In this document: one piece after another, positions 11,674 to 21,659 of the stretch
Numbering within the stretch: position 1 is the stretch's first letter
Layout of the letters: every line of letters begins with the position of its first letter
Assembly (NCBI GenBank): GCA_038231275.1
Contig: JBBRLQ010000009.1
Coordinates: 64,001 to 128,000, forward strand
Length of the DNA stretch: 64,000 nt
Source: Polyangiales bacterium
GTDB lineage: Bacteria; Myxococcota_A; Polyangia; Polyangiales; Polyangiaceae
Reading direction: 5' to 3'
Program-made: the position numbers and the translations under genes
Notes under the pieces: generated by a model
The model's input: the letters and a program-made list of their open reading frames with translations, nothing else
The model's database searches: none
Told to the model about the DNA's origin: nothing

Positions 11674-12002
11674 GCGAACGCCTCGCTCGAGTGGCGCGGG
11701 GCGCCGCTGCCGCCGGCGGTGTTCGCGAGGTCAGGCCGCCGATCGTCCCACACCGTCGGATCACGCACCTGCATCGTGCCGTTGAGCGGAAGCGCGTCCA
11801 GTCGGACCGTGAGCGACCCGTCGCGGTTGGTGAAGGCTGCGCCGATCTTCACCCAGAAGGCCTTGCCGGTCTTGTTCTCCACGACCGTGTAGACGTTCTT
11901 CACGCTCCCGTTCGTCGGGCCGGCGTTGCCGCCGATGCCGTTGCCGTTGCCGTTGCCGTTGCCGCCGATGCCGTTGCCGTTGCCGTTGCCGTTCGCTTCC
12001 AT
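11670..12002 (-). CDS. Small conserved-type protein (W-x-x-IG-x-AF-x-N-x-DGS...LDALP), putative ssDNA-binding fold, with Gly-Asn repeat N-terminus
   Basis: VYTVVENKTGKAFWVKIGAAFTNRDGSLTVRLDALPLNGTMQVRD; AGGAGAG SD; GTGA overlap with comEA. Confidence 0.8.
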
Positions 12003-12049
12003 GACTCGATCTCTCCTGTTCGTGCGACATCGCGCACGCTGAGGGCATT

Positions 12050-12065
12050 AGCGACGGCCGTGCCA
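12050..12065 (-). promoter_or_regulatory. Sigma54 (-24/-12) promoter
   Basis: Minus strand TGGCACG-GCCG-TCGCT versus consensus TGGCACG-N4-TTGCW, about 50 nt upstream of the ATG at 12002. Confidence 0.75.
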
Positions 12066-12237
12066 ATGGCGATAGCCTTGAATTATGCGGGTTTCGTCGT
12101 CTCACGCAGTGTCCCGGACGGCGGCATGGGTGTCCCCGGACGATTTCGCCGACACCGGCCCCGGACGCGATCGTATTGCCTCGATGACGCGCGCGATGGA
12201 TTCGCGGTGTCGTCACGCAACGAGAAGGAGAGGGGTC

Positions 12238-12681
12238 ATGCATCGAGCAGCAGCATGCGCGGGCGTCGCGGCGCTCGTGGGGTCGATCGGGTGCGCGCCT
12301 TTGGGCGCAGCCAACGGGGAGGGCGCGGCGACTGCCGGCCTGGCGTTCGAAGTTCCGGCGGATGTCACCGATGCGTGCACGCCGTCGGGCAGGACGCGGA
12401 TTCTGGCGACGGGCGTGGCGGAGTCGGAGCCGGTCCTCGCGCGCGCGCACGAAGGGTGGCTCTCGCTGACCTTCACGAGCCTGGAGCGTGGTCGCACGAC
12501 GCTCGATCTCGAGCTCGGGACGTTGAACGTGCTCGTCGCGCGTTCGACGTCGCTCGCGGCGCCCGATGTCGGCTCGCTCTCTGCCATCAACGAGAACGGT
12601 CACGGCGTGCAGGCGTGGCTGATCCCAGGCCCGAGGGGCACCGTCATCGCCGCGGCTCCGCTGGAGTGCGCGCATCGCTGA
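12238..12681 (+). CDS. Hypothetical lipoprotein
   Basis: GGAGAGGGG SD before the ATG; lipobox GSIGC. Confidence 0.6.
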   Translation: MHRAAACAGVAALVGSIGCAPLGAANGEGAATAGLAFEVPADVTDACTPSGRTRILATGVAESEPVLARAHEGWLSLTFTSLERGRTTLDLELGTLNVLVARSTSLAAPDVGSLSAINENGHGVQAWLIPGPRGTVIAAAPLECAHR

Positions 12682-12718
12682 GCACCAACGGCTGCCGGAC
12701 TCGCGGCGCCCCACGACG

Positions 12719-12764
12719 AAACGCCCGCGCGCAGGGAGCTGCGTCGCGGGCGTTTTGCTATTTT
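12719..12764 (+). terminator. Rho-independent terminator-like hairpin between convergent genes
   Basis: AAACGCCCGCG-CGCAG-ggag-CTGCG-t-CGCGGGCGTTT followed by TGCTATTTT. Confidence 0.65.
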
Positions 12765-12804
12765 GTGGCTAAAAAATAGGCAAATAGAGCCAACAGAAGA
12801 GGGC

Positions 12805-13497
12805 TCAGCTCTTCGAGCGAACGCCCGTGAGGACGCGGCCTGCCGCAGCGCCGAGGCCCATCAAGATGATGATCGGTGTGATGTGGCCCACGAGGACGTG
12901 CGCGGGACCGGCGATGGGGCACCACAGATCGACGAGGACGCCAGCGATCGCGCCCATCGCCACGCCGCGCGCCGCGCCGGTCGCGCCAGGGTATGCGGGG
13001 TTCCGCTCGCGGCGCACATACGAGAGCGCGATGAGAGGCCATGCGGTCATCGCCAGGGTGAACGAAAGGCACTTGAAGCCGACGCGGCCAGGGATTTCGC
13101 GCATCGTCTCAGGGAACTGCATGTTCCACAGGAGCATCCAGCCGAAGAGGACGACCGGCGTGAGAATCGCGATCGCCAGGAGCCACGACAAGCGGCGGCC
13201 GAGCATCGACGCGCCACGCGTGAAGGCGAGCCACATCGCGACCGCGGCGACCGCCGACCAGCCTATGACCGTCGCGCACACGAACGTGAGCGGCCGATCG
13301 GGGATGGGGATGCGCCCCGAAGGATCGCCGATGTGCACGCCGCCCAACCAAAAAAACAGCGCCGCCGCGAAGAGTACCGCCGCGATCGTGACGAGGATGA
13401 CGACCCTTCGCGCGGCCTGGCGCGTCGGCGCGGCCTCACGCTTGGCCGCGTTCATGATCCGCGATTTGAGGTCCGGCGAGAGGTTCACTGCAGCCAC
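12805..13497 (-). CDS. NrsF/DUF1109-family membrane anti-sigma factor
   Basis: Several TM segments, KCL, and the C-terminal LWCPI...HVLVGH motif; overlaps an ECF sigma gene. Confidence 0.8.
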   Translation of the reverse strand: MAAVNLSPDLKSRIMNAAKREAAPTRQAARRVVILVTIAAVLFAAALFFWLGGVHIGDPSGRIPIPDRPLTFVCATVIGWSAVAAVAMWLAFTRGASMLGRRLSWLLAIAILTPVVLFGWMLLWNMQFPETMREIPGRVGFKCLSFTLAMTAWPLIALSYVRRERNPAYPGATGAARGVAMGAIAGVLVDLWCPIAGPAHVLVGHITPIIILMGLGAAAGRVLTGVRSKS

Positions 13498-14075
13498 TCC
13501 TTATCTAGCATGTCCCCCATCGATGCGCGCAGGGCGTCATAGGCCCTGAACGCACGCAATTTTACGGCGTTGGGCGAGATCTCGAGGACCTCGGCCGCCT
13601 CCGCGAGGGACAGTCCGTCGACCTTCACCAACATGAAGGCCTCACGTTGCGTCTCCGGCATCCGGGAGAGCTCCACCTCGACGCGCTCGGCGACCTGACG
13701 GGCCTGGAGCACCTCGTCCCCGCGCGGGTCTCTCGAGGGGGGCGGTGCGCTGTCGAGATCGGCGTCGCGCGAGATCGGTACTTGGCGATGGCTCTTGCGG
13801 CTGGCGTCGATGAGCAGGCGCCGCGCGATGGTGAAGGCCCACGGCGTCACCCTCGCGCCGCGGAAGAAGCTCGCGCGCGCGCCGCAGATGTTGAGGAACG
13901 TCTCTTGGAGGAGATCTTCGGCCTGGCCGACGTTGCGCGTCTGACGGTGGAGGAAGCGGAGGAGGCGCGGCGCGAGCGCGTCGTACACCTCGCCGAACGC
14001 GGCTTCGTCGCCGTCGGCGTAGCGCTCCATCGCGGCATCGACCGCAGCGCAGTCCGTTTCGTCGCGCTTCTCCAA
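13485..14075 (-). CDS. ECF RNA polymerase sigma factor
   Basis: GDEAAFGEVY, AEDLLQETFL, WAFTIARRLLID, region 4 GLSLAEAAEVL..AVKLRAFRA. Confidence 0.92.
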   Translation of the reverse strand: MEKRDETDCAAVDAAMERYADGDEAAFGEVYDALAPRLLRFLHRQTRNVGQAEDLLQETFLNICGARASFFRGARVTPWAFTIARRLLIDASRKSHRQVPISRDADLDSAPPPSRDPRGDEVLQARQVAERVEVELSRMPETQREAFMLVKVDGLSLAEAAEVLEISPNAVKLRAFRAYDALRASMGDMLDKEWLQ

Positions 14076-14362
14076 GCCAGACCCCCGAGCTACGAACCAC
14101 TGCGCGTTGCCGTCCCCCGGCCCTCACGGAGGGAATACGAACCGCGCCTCCTCTGGTGTCGCCCTTCTACACATGAATCGCAGAAAGCGGGCGATTCGTC
14201 TGCCGCACGCGTTTTTTTTCTCTCGGTCGACACCGCGCCGATCGCCCGTCGTATTGCCTGATCGCGCCGGTTGGTCGCCCTGCGAAGGGGACGCCGGGCG
14301 TGGGCGGGGTTGGCGACGAGACAGCGCGCGCGAAGGCGTGGCGCAATAGGTGGAGGTGTTCC

Positions 14363-14890
14363 TTGGAAACGACGACCAAGATGATGGGGATCGTGTGCGC
14401 GCTCGGCGCGCTCATGGGATGTGCGGAAACGCAATCGGCGGCGCACGCGACGACGGCCGCCGCGCTGAGCGACGACGACGTGGCGGACAAAAAGCCGGTC
14501 GTTCGCCTGCGCATGGAAGCGGCGGAGGACGCCGTGCAGCAAGCCGCGTTCACGTCGGTCCGTCGCACGCTCGTGGAGCAGGGCTTCGTCGTCGGGAGCG
14601 GCTTCATCGAGGGTCACGACGCCGATGTCGTGATTCGCAGCTCTCGCGAAGGCGCCGTGACCCGCGTCTCGCTCGCCGCGCGGCTCGGCTCGCGCGCGAT
14701 GGTGCCCGTCACCGTGGACGTCGCGGGCGATGGCGGCGCGGCCGACGACGACGCCGTCGGTGAGATGGCGATGCGCTGGCAGCGGCGCTTCAACCGAAGC
14801 CCGCACCTCGACCGGCACCTCGAGGCCGATTTCGTCTCGCTCCCGACGTTCACGCCCGGCGCCTCCAGAGGGCTCGAGGGGACGAGGTGA
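14363..14890 (+). CDS. Hypothetical lipoprotein
   Basis: GGAGGTG SD before the TTG; lipobox ALMGC. Confidence 0.6.
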   Translation: METTTKMMGIVCALGALMGCAETQSAAHATTAAALSDDDVADKKPVVRLRMEAAEDAVQQAAFTSVRRTLVEQGFVVGSGFIEGHDADVVIRSSREGAVTRVSLAARLGSRAMVPVTVDVAGDGGAADDDAVGEMAMRWQRRFNRSPHLDRHLEADFVSLPTFTPGASRGLEGTR

Positions 14891-15930
14891 TCCCGTTTCG
14901 GGCCGAGACCCTCCGCGTCCTGGCGGTGTGCATCGCCCTCATCGCGATCCCTGCGTTCACGCTCGTCGCGTGCTCGGGGCGCGGCGGGCCGAACGAGCCG
15001 TTCGAGTGCAAGAGCGACATCGATCACCCGAAGGAGCTCGCCTGCACGGGCCTCTATTCGAGATGGTCGGGCAAGGACGTCGCACAGGATGTCCTCCCGT
15101 TTACGCCGGGCTTCGCGGCGTGGAGCGACGGAATGGAAAAGCAGCGATGGATCGCCCTCCCCGCCGGGGCGAAGATCGACACGACGAACCCCGACGAATG
15201 GGTGTTCCCGGTGGGCACGCGCGTGTGGAAGGAGTTCCGCCACGGCGTGACGCGGATCGAGACGCGCTTCGCGGAGAAGCTCGCGAGCGGAGAGTGGATG
15301 CGGACCACGTACCGGTGGTCCGCGGACGGCGAGTCGGCGGCGACGGAGCTCACCGCCGGCGAGAAGGACGTCGCGGGGATGGGCTACGAGATCCCCTCCC
15401 GCGAGAGCTGCGCGACGTGCCATCGTGGTCGCGCGGACGGCGTGCTCGGCTTCGACGCCATCACGCTGTCGGCGCCCGGCGCGACCGGTCTCACGCTCGC
15501 CGAGCTTTCGCGGCGCGATCTTCTCACCGTCCCCGTCGCTGCGCCGATCGTGCCCGGCGACGAGGGCGCGGTGGCGGCGCTCGGTTGGCTCCACGCGAGC
15601 TGCGGCGTGCCCTGTCACAACGCGTCACCTCGCGCGACCGCTCACTTCACCGGCTTGAACATGCGCCTCGACGTCGCCACGCTGGCCGCCGGCGTCGAAG
15701 GAACGAACGCGTACCGCACCGCGGTCGGCGTTCCCTCGAATTTCCAGGCGCCCACCGGCGCCCACGTCCGCATCGCCCCCGGCGATCCCGACGCCAGCAC
15801 CCTCGTCTTCCGCGCGGGCTACCGCGACCCGACGGGCCAGTACCAGATGCCGCCGCTGGGGACCCACTCCGTGGACCCGCGAGGCCTCGAGGCGCTGCGC
15901 ACCTGGATCGCAAGCCTCCACACGCTCTGA
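14887..15930 (+). CDS. Lipoprotein c-type cytochrome, SO2930-like (two heme-type motifs)
   Basis: Lipobox LVAC; WSDG..KQRWIALP, FPVGT..WKEF, IETR; CATCH and CGVPCH; QMPPLG. Confidence 0.75.
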   Translation: MIPFRAETLRVLAVCIALIAIPAFTLVACSGRGGPNEPFECKSDIDHPKELACTGLYSRWSGKDVAQDVLPFTPGFAAWSDGMEKQRWIALPAGAKIDTTNPDEWVFPVGTRVWKEFRHGVTRIETRFAEKLASGEWMRTTYRWSADGESAATELTAGEKDVAGMGYEIPSRESCATCHRGRADGVLGFDAITLSAPGATGLTLAELSRRDLLTVPVAAPIVPGDEGAVAALGWLHASCGVPCHNASPRATAHFTGLNMRLDVATLAAGVEGTNAYRTAVGVPSNFQAPTGAHVRIAPGDPDASTLVFRAGYRDPTGQYQMPPLGTHSVDPRGLEALRTWIASLHTL

Positions 15931-15960
15931 CTGCGACTTCTTTAAAAAATGGAGCTGACC

Positions 15961-16704
15961 ATGAAACGTGCACTCGCGATCACGACGATCCTCGCCCTCC
16001 AAGGCTGCAGCGGCGACGACACGACCGCCGGCTCCCCCGACGCTTCTGCGCACGCCGACGGCGCTGCAGACTCGAGCGTTCCGGTCGATGGCAACGGCGG
16101 GCAGGACGTCACGCCGCCCCCCGACACGGGCTCCGACGCGGACGGTGGCACCATCGCCGACGCGACCCCCGACGTGAACGACGCGGACCCCGACGCGTGT
16201 CCGTCGTCGTGGACGACCGCGCCCGCGGTCTCTCCGCCCATTCAGTTCCCCGCCGACGGCGGAAGCGCGCTCCTCCACGCGGGCGCGATCGGCACCCAGA
16301 ATTACACGTGCTCGCAGGTTACGGTCGACGGCGGCACCGCGTACGCGTGGGTCTTCGTAGGCCCCGAGGCCGATCTCGCCGACTGCCACGCCGCCAAGAT
16401 CGGCACGCACTTCGCGAGCGACGCCGGCGCGGCCGCCCCCGAGTGGCAGACGACCGACGGCACGTACGTCATCGGCAAGAAGCTCGCGGCGCTCACGCCC
16501 GACGGCGGCGCGACCGCGATCCCGTGGCTCCTCATCCAGGAGACCAGCAACGGCGGTACCGGCACGCTCTCGAAGGCCGGCTACGTGCAGCGCCTCAACA
16601 CGGCCGGCGGCATCGCCCCCGCCGTGACGTGCGACGTGAGCAACGTGGGGACGACGCAGAAGGTATCGTACACCGCCGATTACTTCTTCTTCGGCACTCC
16701 GTGA
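15961..16704 (+). CDS. DUF3455-domain lipoprotein
   Basis: Lipobox LQGC; GTQNYTC, GPEADL, IGTHF, AIPWLL, VQRLNTAGGIAP, YTADYFF. Confidence 0.85.
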   Translation: MKRALAITTILALQGCSGDDTTAGSPDASAHADGAADSSVPVDGNGGQDVTPPPDTGSDADGGTIADATPDVNDADPDACPSSWTTAPAVSPPIQFPADGGSALLHAGAIGTQNYTCSQVTVDGGTAYAWVFVGPEADLADCHAAKIGTHFASDAGAAAPEWQTTDGTYVIGKKLAALTPDGGATAIPWLLIQETSNGGTGTLSKAGYVQRLNTAGGIAPAVTCDVSNVGTTQKVSYTADYFFFGTP

Positions 16705-16729
16705 CCGCGGGCGCGCGACGGCTGGCGCG

Positions 16730-18157
16730 TCAGTAGCTCGCCATCGCGTGCGTGCTGCGCGCTGGCGGAGCGGCGACGGCGCGCTGCGTCCATGCGGCGC
16801 CGTCGTACTCCCACGTGTCGTTCACGAGTGTCGTTCCCGCATCGCCTCCCGCGATCTCGCCGCCGAAGAGGACGACCTTGCCGCCCAATGTGGCCGAGGC
16901 GTGATCGGTCCGCCCGATGGGACCCGCGATCGCGGCCTTGGCCCAGGCGCTGCCGTTCCACTCCCAGGTGTCGAGATCGTGCGACGAGCCGCCGAAAAGG
17001 TTCGTCTCGCTGCCGCCGAAGAGGACGACCTTCGTCGGGAGCGCGGACAGGCTCATGTCGTTGCGCGCGTTCGGGCCCGACGTTGCGGTGCCGCCGCTCC
17101 ACGCTGTGCCGTTCCACATCCACGTCTCGCCGGGGGCCGCTTGGAAACCGGTGCCGTCGCCGCCAAAGAGGAGCGTCTGCGCGCCCAGCGTGGCCATGCG
17201 GTGGCCGACGCGACCGGAGGGCGTGGTCGTGAGGACGTGCCTCGTCCACGACGCGCCGTTCCACTCCCACGTATCCGTGGGATCGACGACGCCGCCGTCT
17301 CCGTCGATGGCGCTGCCGCCGAAGAGGTAGACCTTGCCGGCGAGCGTGGCCATCGCCATGCGCCTGCGCGGCTCGGGCCCGGCGACGGCGCGCTTCGTCC
17401 ACGTCGATCCGTCGAACTCCCACGTGTCCGAGAAGCGGTTCGTGCCATCGAAGCCGCCGAAGAGGACCACCTTGCCGTTCAGCGCCGCCATCGCGTGGTA
17501 CTGGCGCGCTTGCGGACCGGCGATCGAGCGCCGGGTCCACGACGCGCCGTCCCAGATCCACGTGTCGCCGAGGACGTTCGTGCCGTTGTGACCTCCGAAG
17601 AGGAGCACGTGACCGGACGGCTGCGGCGGAACGCACGCGCTGCTCGTGCACGTCGCGCCGCCGGTGCACACGCCGCACGTCGCGCCGCCGGTTCCGCATG
17701 CGCTCTCGGTGGTGCCGGGCGCGCACGTCCCGCCGGCGCAGCAGCCGTTGCACGTGGAGGGACCGCACGCGCATCCCGCCGAACAGACGCTCGCGCAGCC
17801 GTCGCTCGCGCCGCACGCCTTGCCGTTGCAGCTCGGTGTGCACGTGCCGGTGCCGCACAGGTTGGGGCCACCGGCGCCGCACGTGAGGCCGCCCGGGCAC
17901 GCGGAGCAGTCGATGACGTTGCCGCACCGGCCGACGAGCTGGCCGCACTTGCCTGCGCAGTCGGCGGCGTTGAAGGGGACGCAGGCGGCGCCGTCGCCGA
18001 CCGTCGCGTCGCCGACCGGACCAGGACCAGGACCGGCGTCGCCCGCGACCGAGGCGTCGGAGTCCGAAGGGAAGACGACGCCGTCGGCGCCGCCGCACGC
18101 TGCGAGACCGACGGCGAGCGCCGCCGCGACGAGGAAGGCCGCTCTGACGTTTGGCAT
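16730..18157 (-). CDS. Lipoprotein with Cys-rich repeats and Kelch/galactose-oxidase-type propeller
   Basis: Lipobox LAAC; Cys-rich N-terminal half; repeated VVLFGG...DTWEWxG..W blades. Confidence 0.88.
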   Translation of the reverse strand: MPNVRAAFLVAAALAVGLAACGGADGVVFPSDSDASVAGDAGPGPGPVGDATVGDGAACVPFNAADCAGKCGQLVGRCGNVIDCSACPGGLTCGAGGPNLCGTGTCTPSCNGKACGASDGCASVCSAGCACGPSTCNGCCAGGTCAPGTTESACGTGGATCGVCTGGATCTSSACVPPQPSGHVLLFGGHNGTNVLGDTWIWDGASWTRRSIAGPQARQYHAMAALNGKVVLFGGFDGTNRFSDTWEFDGSTWTKRAVAGPEPRRRMAMATLAGKVYLFGGSAIDGDGGVVDPTDTWEWNGASWTRHVLTTTPSGRVGHRMATLGAQTLLFGGDGTGFQAAPGETWMWNGTAWSGGTATSGPNARNDMSLSALPTKVVLFGGSETNLFGGSSHDLDTWEWNGSAWAKAAIAGPIGRTDHASATLGGKVVLFGGEIAGGDAGTTLVNDTWEYDGAAWTQRAVAAPPARSTHAMASY

Positions 18158-18314
18158 GGGTGCGCGACCGGGAGATACGCGTTGGCGTGCGCACCCTTCC
18201 CTCCACCCCCGCGAAATCCCAAAGGACCGAGCTCTGCCGCTGCGCGCGGGTGCCTAGTTGGCGCAGCCATTTCGTGCCATGCTAGCCTTCCGAAATCTCA
18301 CGAGGGAGCAAGCC

Positions 18315-19400
18315 ATGAGCGACCGTGGAGCGAACGACGTCATCGCGAAAATCGAAGAGGATTCGAGCCTTAGCCGGCGCGCGTTCGTCGGTGCAGCTGC
18401 CGCGGCAGCCGTCGCAACGACCCTCCTCTCCTCTACTGAGGCCGCTGCCGAGGAGAAGAGCCTCGCCGCCGCCCCGCCCGCCGGCTTCACGCCGATGTCG
18501 GCCCCCGGCAAGATCGTGAAGGTCACGAAGAAGGACTGCCTTCAGACTAACCAGCTCTACCCCAAGGAGGACGACGCCAAGGCGATGCTCACGCGCGCCA
18601 TGACGGAGTTCACCGGCAAGGGCGATCTCGTCGAGTCCATCAAGCTCTTCATCCACCCGCAGGACATCGTCTGCGTGAAGGTGAACGGCATCGCGCTCCA
18701 GAACATGGGCACGAACAAGGAGCTCGTTCTCCCGTTCCTCGAGGCGATGATCGCGTCGGGTGTCCCGGCCGAGAACATCACCGTGCTCGAGCAGTACGGC
18801 AGCTTCCTCGGTGGCACACGCATCAACGCGCAGAACGTCCCCAAGGGCGTGAAGGTCGTCGTCCACGGCAACGGCGACACGACGATGCCCGATCGCCTCA
18901 TCCCCGGCACCGGCGTGAAGACCAAATTCTGTCGCACGCTGACCGAGTCGACCGCGGTGGTGAACTTCTCGCTGATCAAGGACCACTCGATCTGCGGCTA
19001 CACCGGCCTGCTCAAGAACATGACGCACGGCACGCAGACGTCGCCGCACAACTTCCACTCGCACCACGCGAGCCCGCAGATCGCGCAGCTGTACGCGCAG
19101 GACATCATCAAGTCGCGCGTGCGCTTGAACATCACCGACGGGTTCAAGATCATGGCGCACGGCGGCCCGCTCTACAAATCGCCGAAGCACGTGCGCGCGC
19201 ACGAGAGCGTCTACGTCTCGACCGACGCGGTCGCGATGGACACGATCGGCGCGGAGCTCGTCGACAAGGCGCGCGCGGACTTCAACCTGAAGTCGCTCGC
19301 CGACGAGGGGCGGGCGCCGGCGTACATCAAGGCGGCGGCGGACCTGGGGCTCGGGATCGGCGACAAGGCCCAGATCCAGCTTCGCGAAGTCACGATCTGA
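18315..19400 (+). CDS. DUF362-domain protein with Tat signal
   Basis: SRRAFV twin-arginine signal; VCVKVN, LIKDH..CGYTGLLKN, ITDG, STDAVAMD. Confidence 0.85.
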   Translation: MSDRGANDVIAKIEEDSSLSRRAFVGAAAAAAVATTLLSSTEAAAEEKSLAAAPPAGFTPMSAPGKIVKVTKKDCLQTNQLYPKEDDAKAMLTRAMTEFTGKGDLVESIKLFIHPQDIVCVKVNGIALQNMGTNKELVLPFLEAMIASGVPAENITVLEQYGSFLGGTRINAQNVPKGVKVVVHGNGDTTMPDRLIPGTGVKTKFCRTLTESTAVVNFSLIKDHSICGYTGLLKNMTHGTQTSPHNFHSHHASPQIAQLYAQDIIKSRVRLNITDGFKIMAHGGPLYKSPKHVRAHESVYVSTDAVAMDTIGAELVDKARADFNLKSLADEGRAPAYIKAAADLGLGIGDKAQIQLREVTI

Positions 19401-19466
19401 CCGTTCGCGAGAATTTTCTGCGACATGTGACGGCCCGGCGGCTCTTCCCGCCGAGGTGCCGGTCAC

Positions 19467-20458
19467 ATGGTCTTTCGTCGTAGGTTCTCGGGAGTTCTCC
19501 TCGCCGCGGTCGCAATGGCCGCATGTCACGCGGCGTCGGTGGGTGGTGGGACCACGTGCCAAAGCGCGCCCGTCTGTCCTGGCCAGACCGTCGACGCGTG
19601 CACCACGACCGACGAGAGCGGCGCGTGCACCCAGATCACGTACGCAATGGGCGACAAGAAGTGGACGTGCGCGGCGTGCGGCGATTGCGTCGCGGCCGCG
19701 AGCGCCGTCGCTACGGCGTGCGGCGCCGGAGGGGGTGACGCGGGGGTCGTTGGCGACGGCGCGGTGCTCGACACGGGGAGCGGCCCACGAGGAGACGCGG
19801 CCGACGGCGGCGAGACGAGGCCGGTGACGTCTTGTGAAGGACCGAGGACGTGTGCGAGCGGGGAAACGCTGCGCCACTGCACGACGACACTAGGCGGCGC
19901 GTGCGTCACCGAGGCGTATGCATTCTCCAACGGAGACTCCCAGTCGTGCACCTGTGGGAGCTGCGCGCAAATCGCAGCGCTCGCGTCGGCGCGATGCGAC
20001 GGACCCGGCGACGCGGGCACCGACGCCAGCACCTGCGGCACTCCGCCGGCGCTCCATCCCGAAGCGACGCCAGGTGTGTATTGTCCGTTCACCGCGGCGG
20101 GAAAGTCCGTGTGTGCGGCCGGCGAACAATGCTGCGAGCCTCCCGCGGCGTCTGGGCAGCTCTCGGTGTGCGCCCCCGGGGGCACCGCGTGCGGCGTCAC
20201 GGGCGCGCTCGTGTGGAGATGCGAGGACGCGCTCGATTGCGCGGGCAATGCCGCGACGCCCGTGTGCTGCGGGAGCGGCGCGGTGGTGCTCGACGCCACG
20301 TGCGGCTTCCACCGTGGGAGCGCGTTCACCGGCTCGCATTGCGCGGCGAGCTGCGGGGCGGCGGAGGTCCAGATTTGCGAGTCGGCCGCGCAGTGTCCCG
20401 CGGGGAAGACGTGCACGCCGTTCAAGACGAATGGGCTCGCGATGGGGGTGTGCCTGTA

Positions 20459-20459
<1 letters not shown>
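19467..20459 (+). CDS. Cys-rich lipoprotein
   Basis: Lipobox AMAAC; internally duplicated Cys module (CTTT..GACT/V...Y) and a Cys-rich C-terminal domain. Confidence 0.75.
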
Positions 20460-20530
<71 letters not shown>

Positions 20531-20534
20531 GCTT

Positions 20535-21557
20535 TTATTTTTTTGGATACGCCGCGGCGAGCAGCGCCCACTCCTCCGCCGTCACCGGCCCATCCGGATC
20601 CGACATGATGTCCGACGGCTCTCGCTCATCGAGGTACGCGCAGCGGGACATCTCGTAGGTCTTTGCGTAGCGATCGGCGAAACCCAGCACATGGCCAATT
20701 TCATGGGCGATCGCGTGCGCGCGCACGTCCGGGTTCAACAGGATCTCGCGGTGCTTTTCGGAGACGTGGGAGGGCTCGCCGGCGGTGTCGCCGAGCTCGA
20801 AGCGGTAGGCGTTCGGCTTGGTCGCCTGCGAGGTCCAGCGGACGCGCACCGCGAGCGCCTTCGACGTCCACACGCCCTCGATGTATGCCGCAACCTTCGC
20901 CTTGTCGCGCTCGAACGGACCCGCATCGAGGAGAACGGTGAGCGCGTCGCCCTCGCGTGTGACGGCGGCGTCCGGCTTGGCGGCGTGCGGAGGGAGTGAG
21001 GTGTGTGTCGTGTCGCGCCACACGCCGGCGACGACGCGCGCCGTGTCGAAGACGAGGAGCGCGCGCGCTTCGCGTGCGAGCGTGATCCATCCCTCGTCCA
21101 CCACCGGCGCCGGGCGCGCTGGGCGCTCGGCGAGAAACTCGGCGAGCGCGTCCCACGAACGTTCCCGAGTCGTCCAGCCGGCGACGGGAGGCGGCGCGTC
21201 TCCCTCGCGCACGTACGTGGGGCCGAGTCGAACGCGCTTCGTCGACTTCGCTTCGGCGAGCGATGCGCCGCGCGCCTCGATCTCGGGCCACACCGCGTCG
21301 ACCGCCGCGGCGATCTCGCGTCGCGTGTCTCGGACCTTCCCCTCGCACGTGTCGACGTGCGTGCCTGATTCGATCGCGCGGACGCGTTCCAAGAGCGGCG
21401 AAGCGGTCGTCGCGCCTTCGCGAGCGGCGGAGGCAGGTGGAGACGTCGTGGACGAACCCGACGAGGACGAGGACGAGCAGCTACGCGACGAACATCCCGC
21501 GGTGGCCATCCACGCGGCGGCGCACGCGATCCGGATGCAGAGGCGAGCTCGAGTCAT
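20535..21557 (-). CDS. Lipoprotein zinc metallopeptidase (metzincin-like)
   Basis: Lipobox TAGC; HEIGHVLGFAD followed by a Met-turn-like DIMS. Confidence 0.75.
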   Translation of the reverse strand: MTRARLCIRIACAAAWMATAGCSSRSCSSSSSSGSSTTSPPASAAREGATTASPLLERVRAIESGTHVDTCEGKVRDTRREIAAAVDAVWPEIEARGASLAEAKSTKRVRLGPTYVREGDAPPPVAGWTTRERSWDALAEFLAERPARPAPVVDEGWITLAREARALLVFDTARVVAGVWRDTTHTSLPPHAAKPDAAVTREGDALTVLLDAGPFERDKAKVAAYIEGVWTSKALAVRVRWTSQATKPNAYRFELGDTAGEPSHVSEKHREILLNPDVRAHAIAHEIGHVLGFADRYAKTYEMSRCAYLDEREPSDIMSDPDGPVTAEEWALLAAAYPKK

Positions 21558-21607
21558 GCGCGTGATCGAGAGTACGCCCGCCTGCGCTCACGCGCGACCG
21601 CCCCGGT

Positions 21608-21636
21608 TTGACCGCCGCGGAGCACAGCGTTACGAC
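21608..21636 (+). promoter_or_regulatory. Putative sigma70 promoter
   Basis: TTGACC-N17-TACGAC upstream of a GGAGG SD and the ATG at 21660. Confidence 0.45.
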
Positions 21637-21659
21637 CTACGGCGTTCGAAGGAGGCTCC

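Noticed and set aside
14346..14362. Possible sigma54 site (TGGCGCA-ATAG-GTGGA) just upstream of the lipoprotein operon
   Set aside because: The -12 element is poor and runs into the SD; too weak to call.
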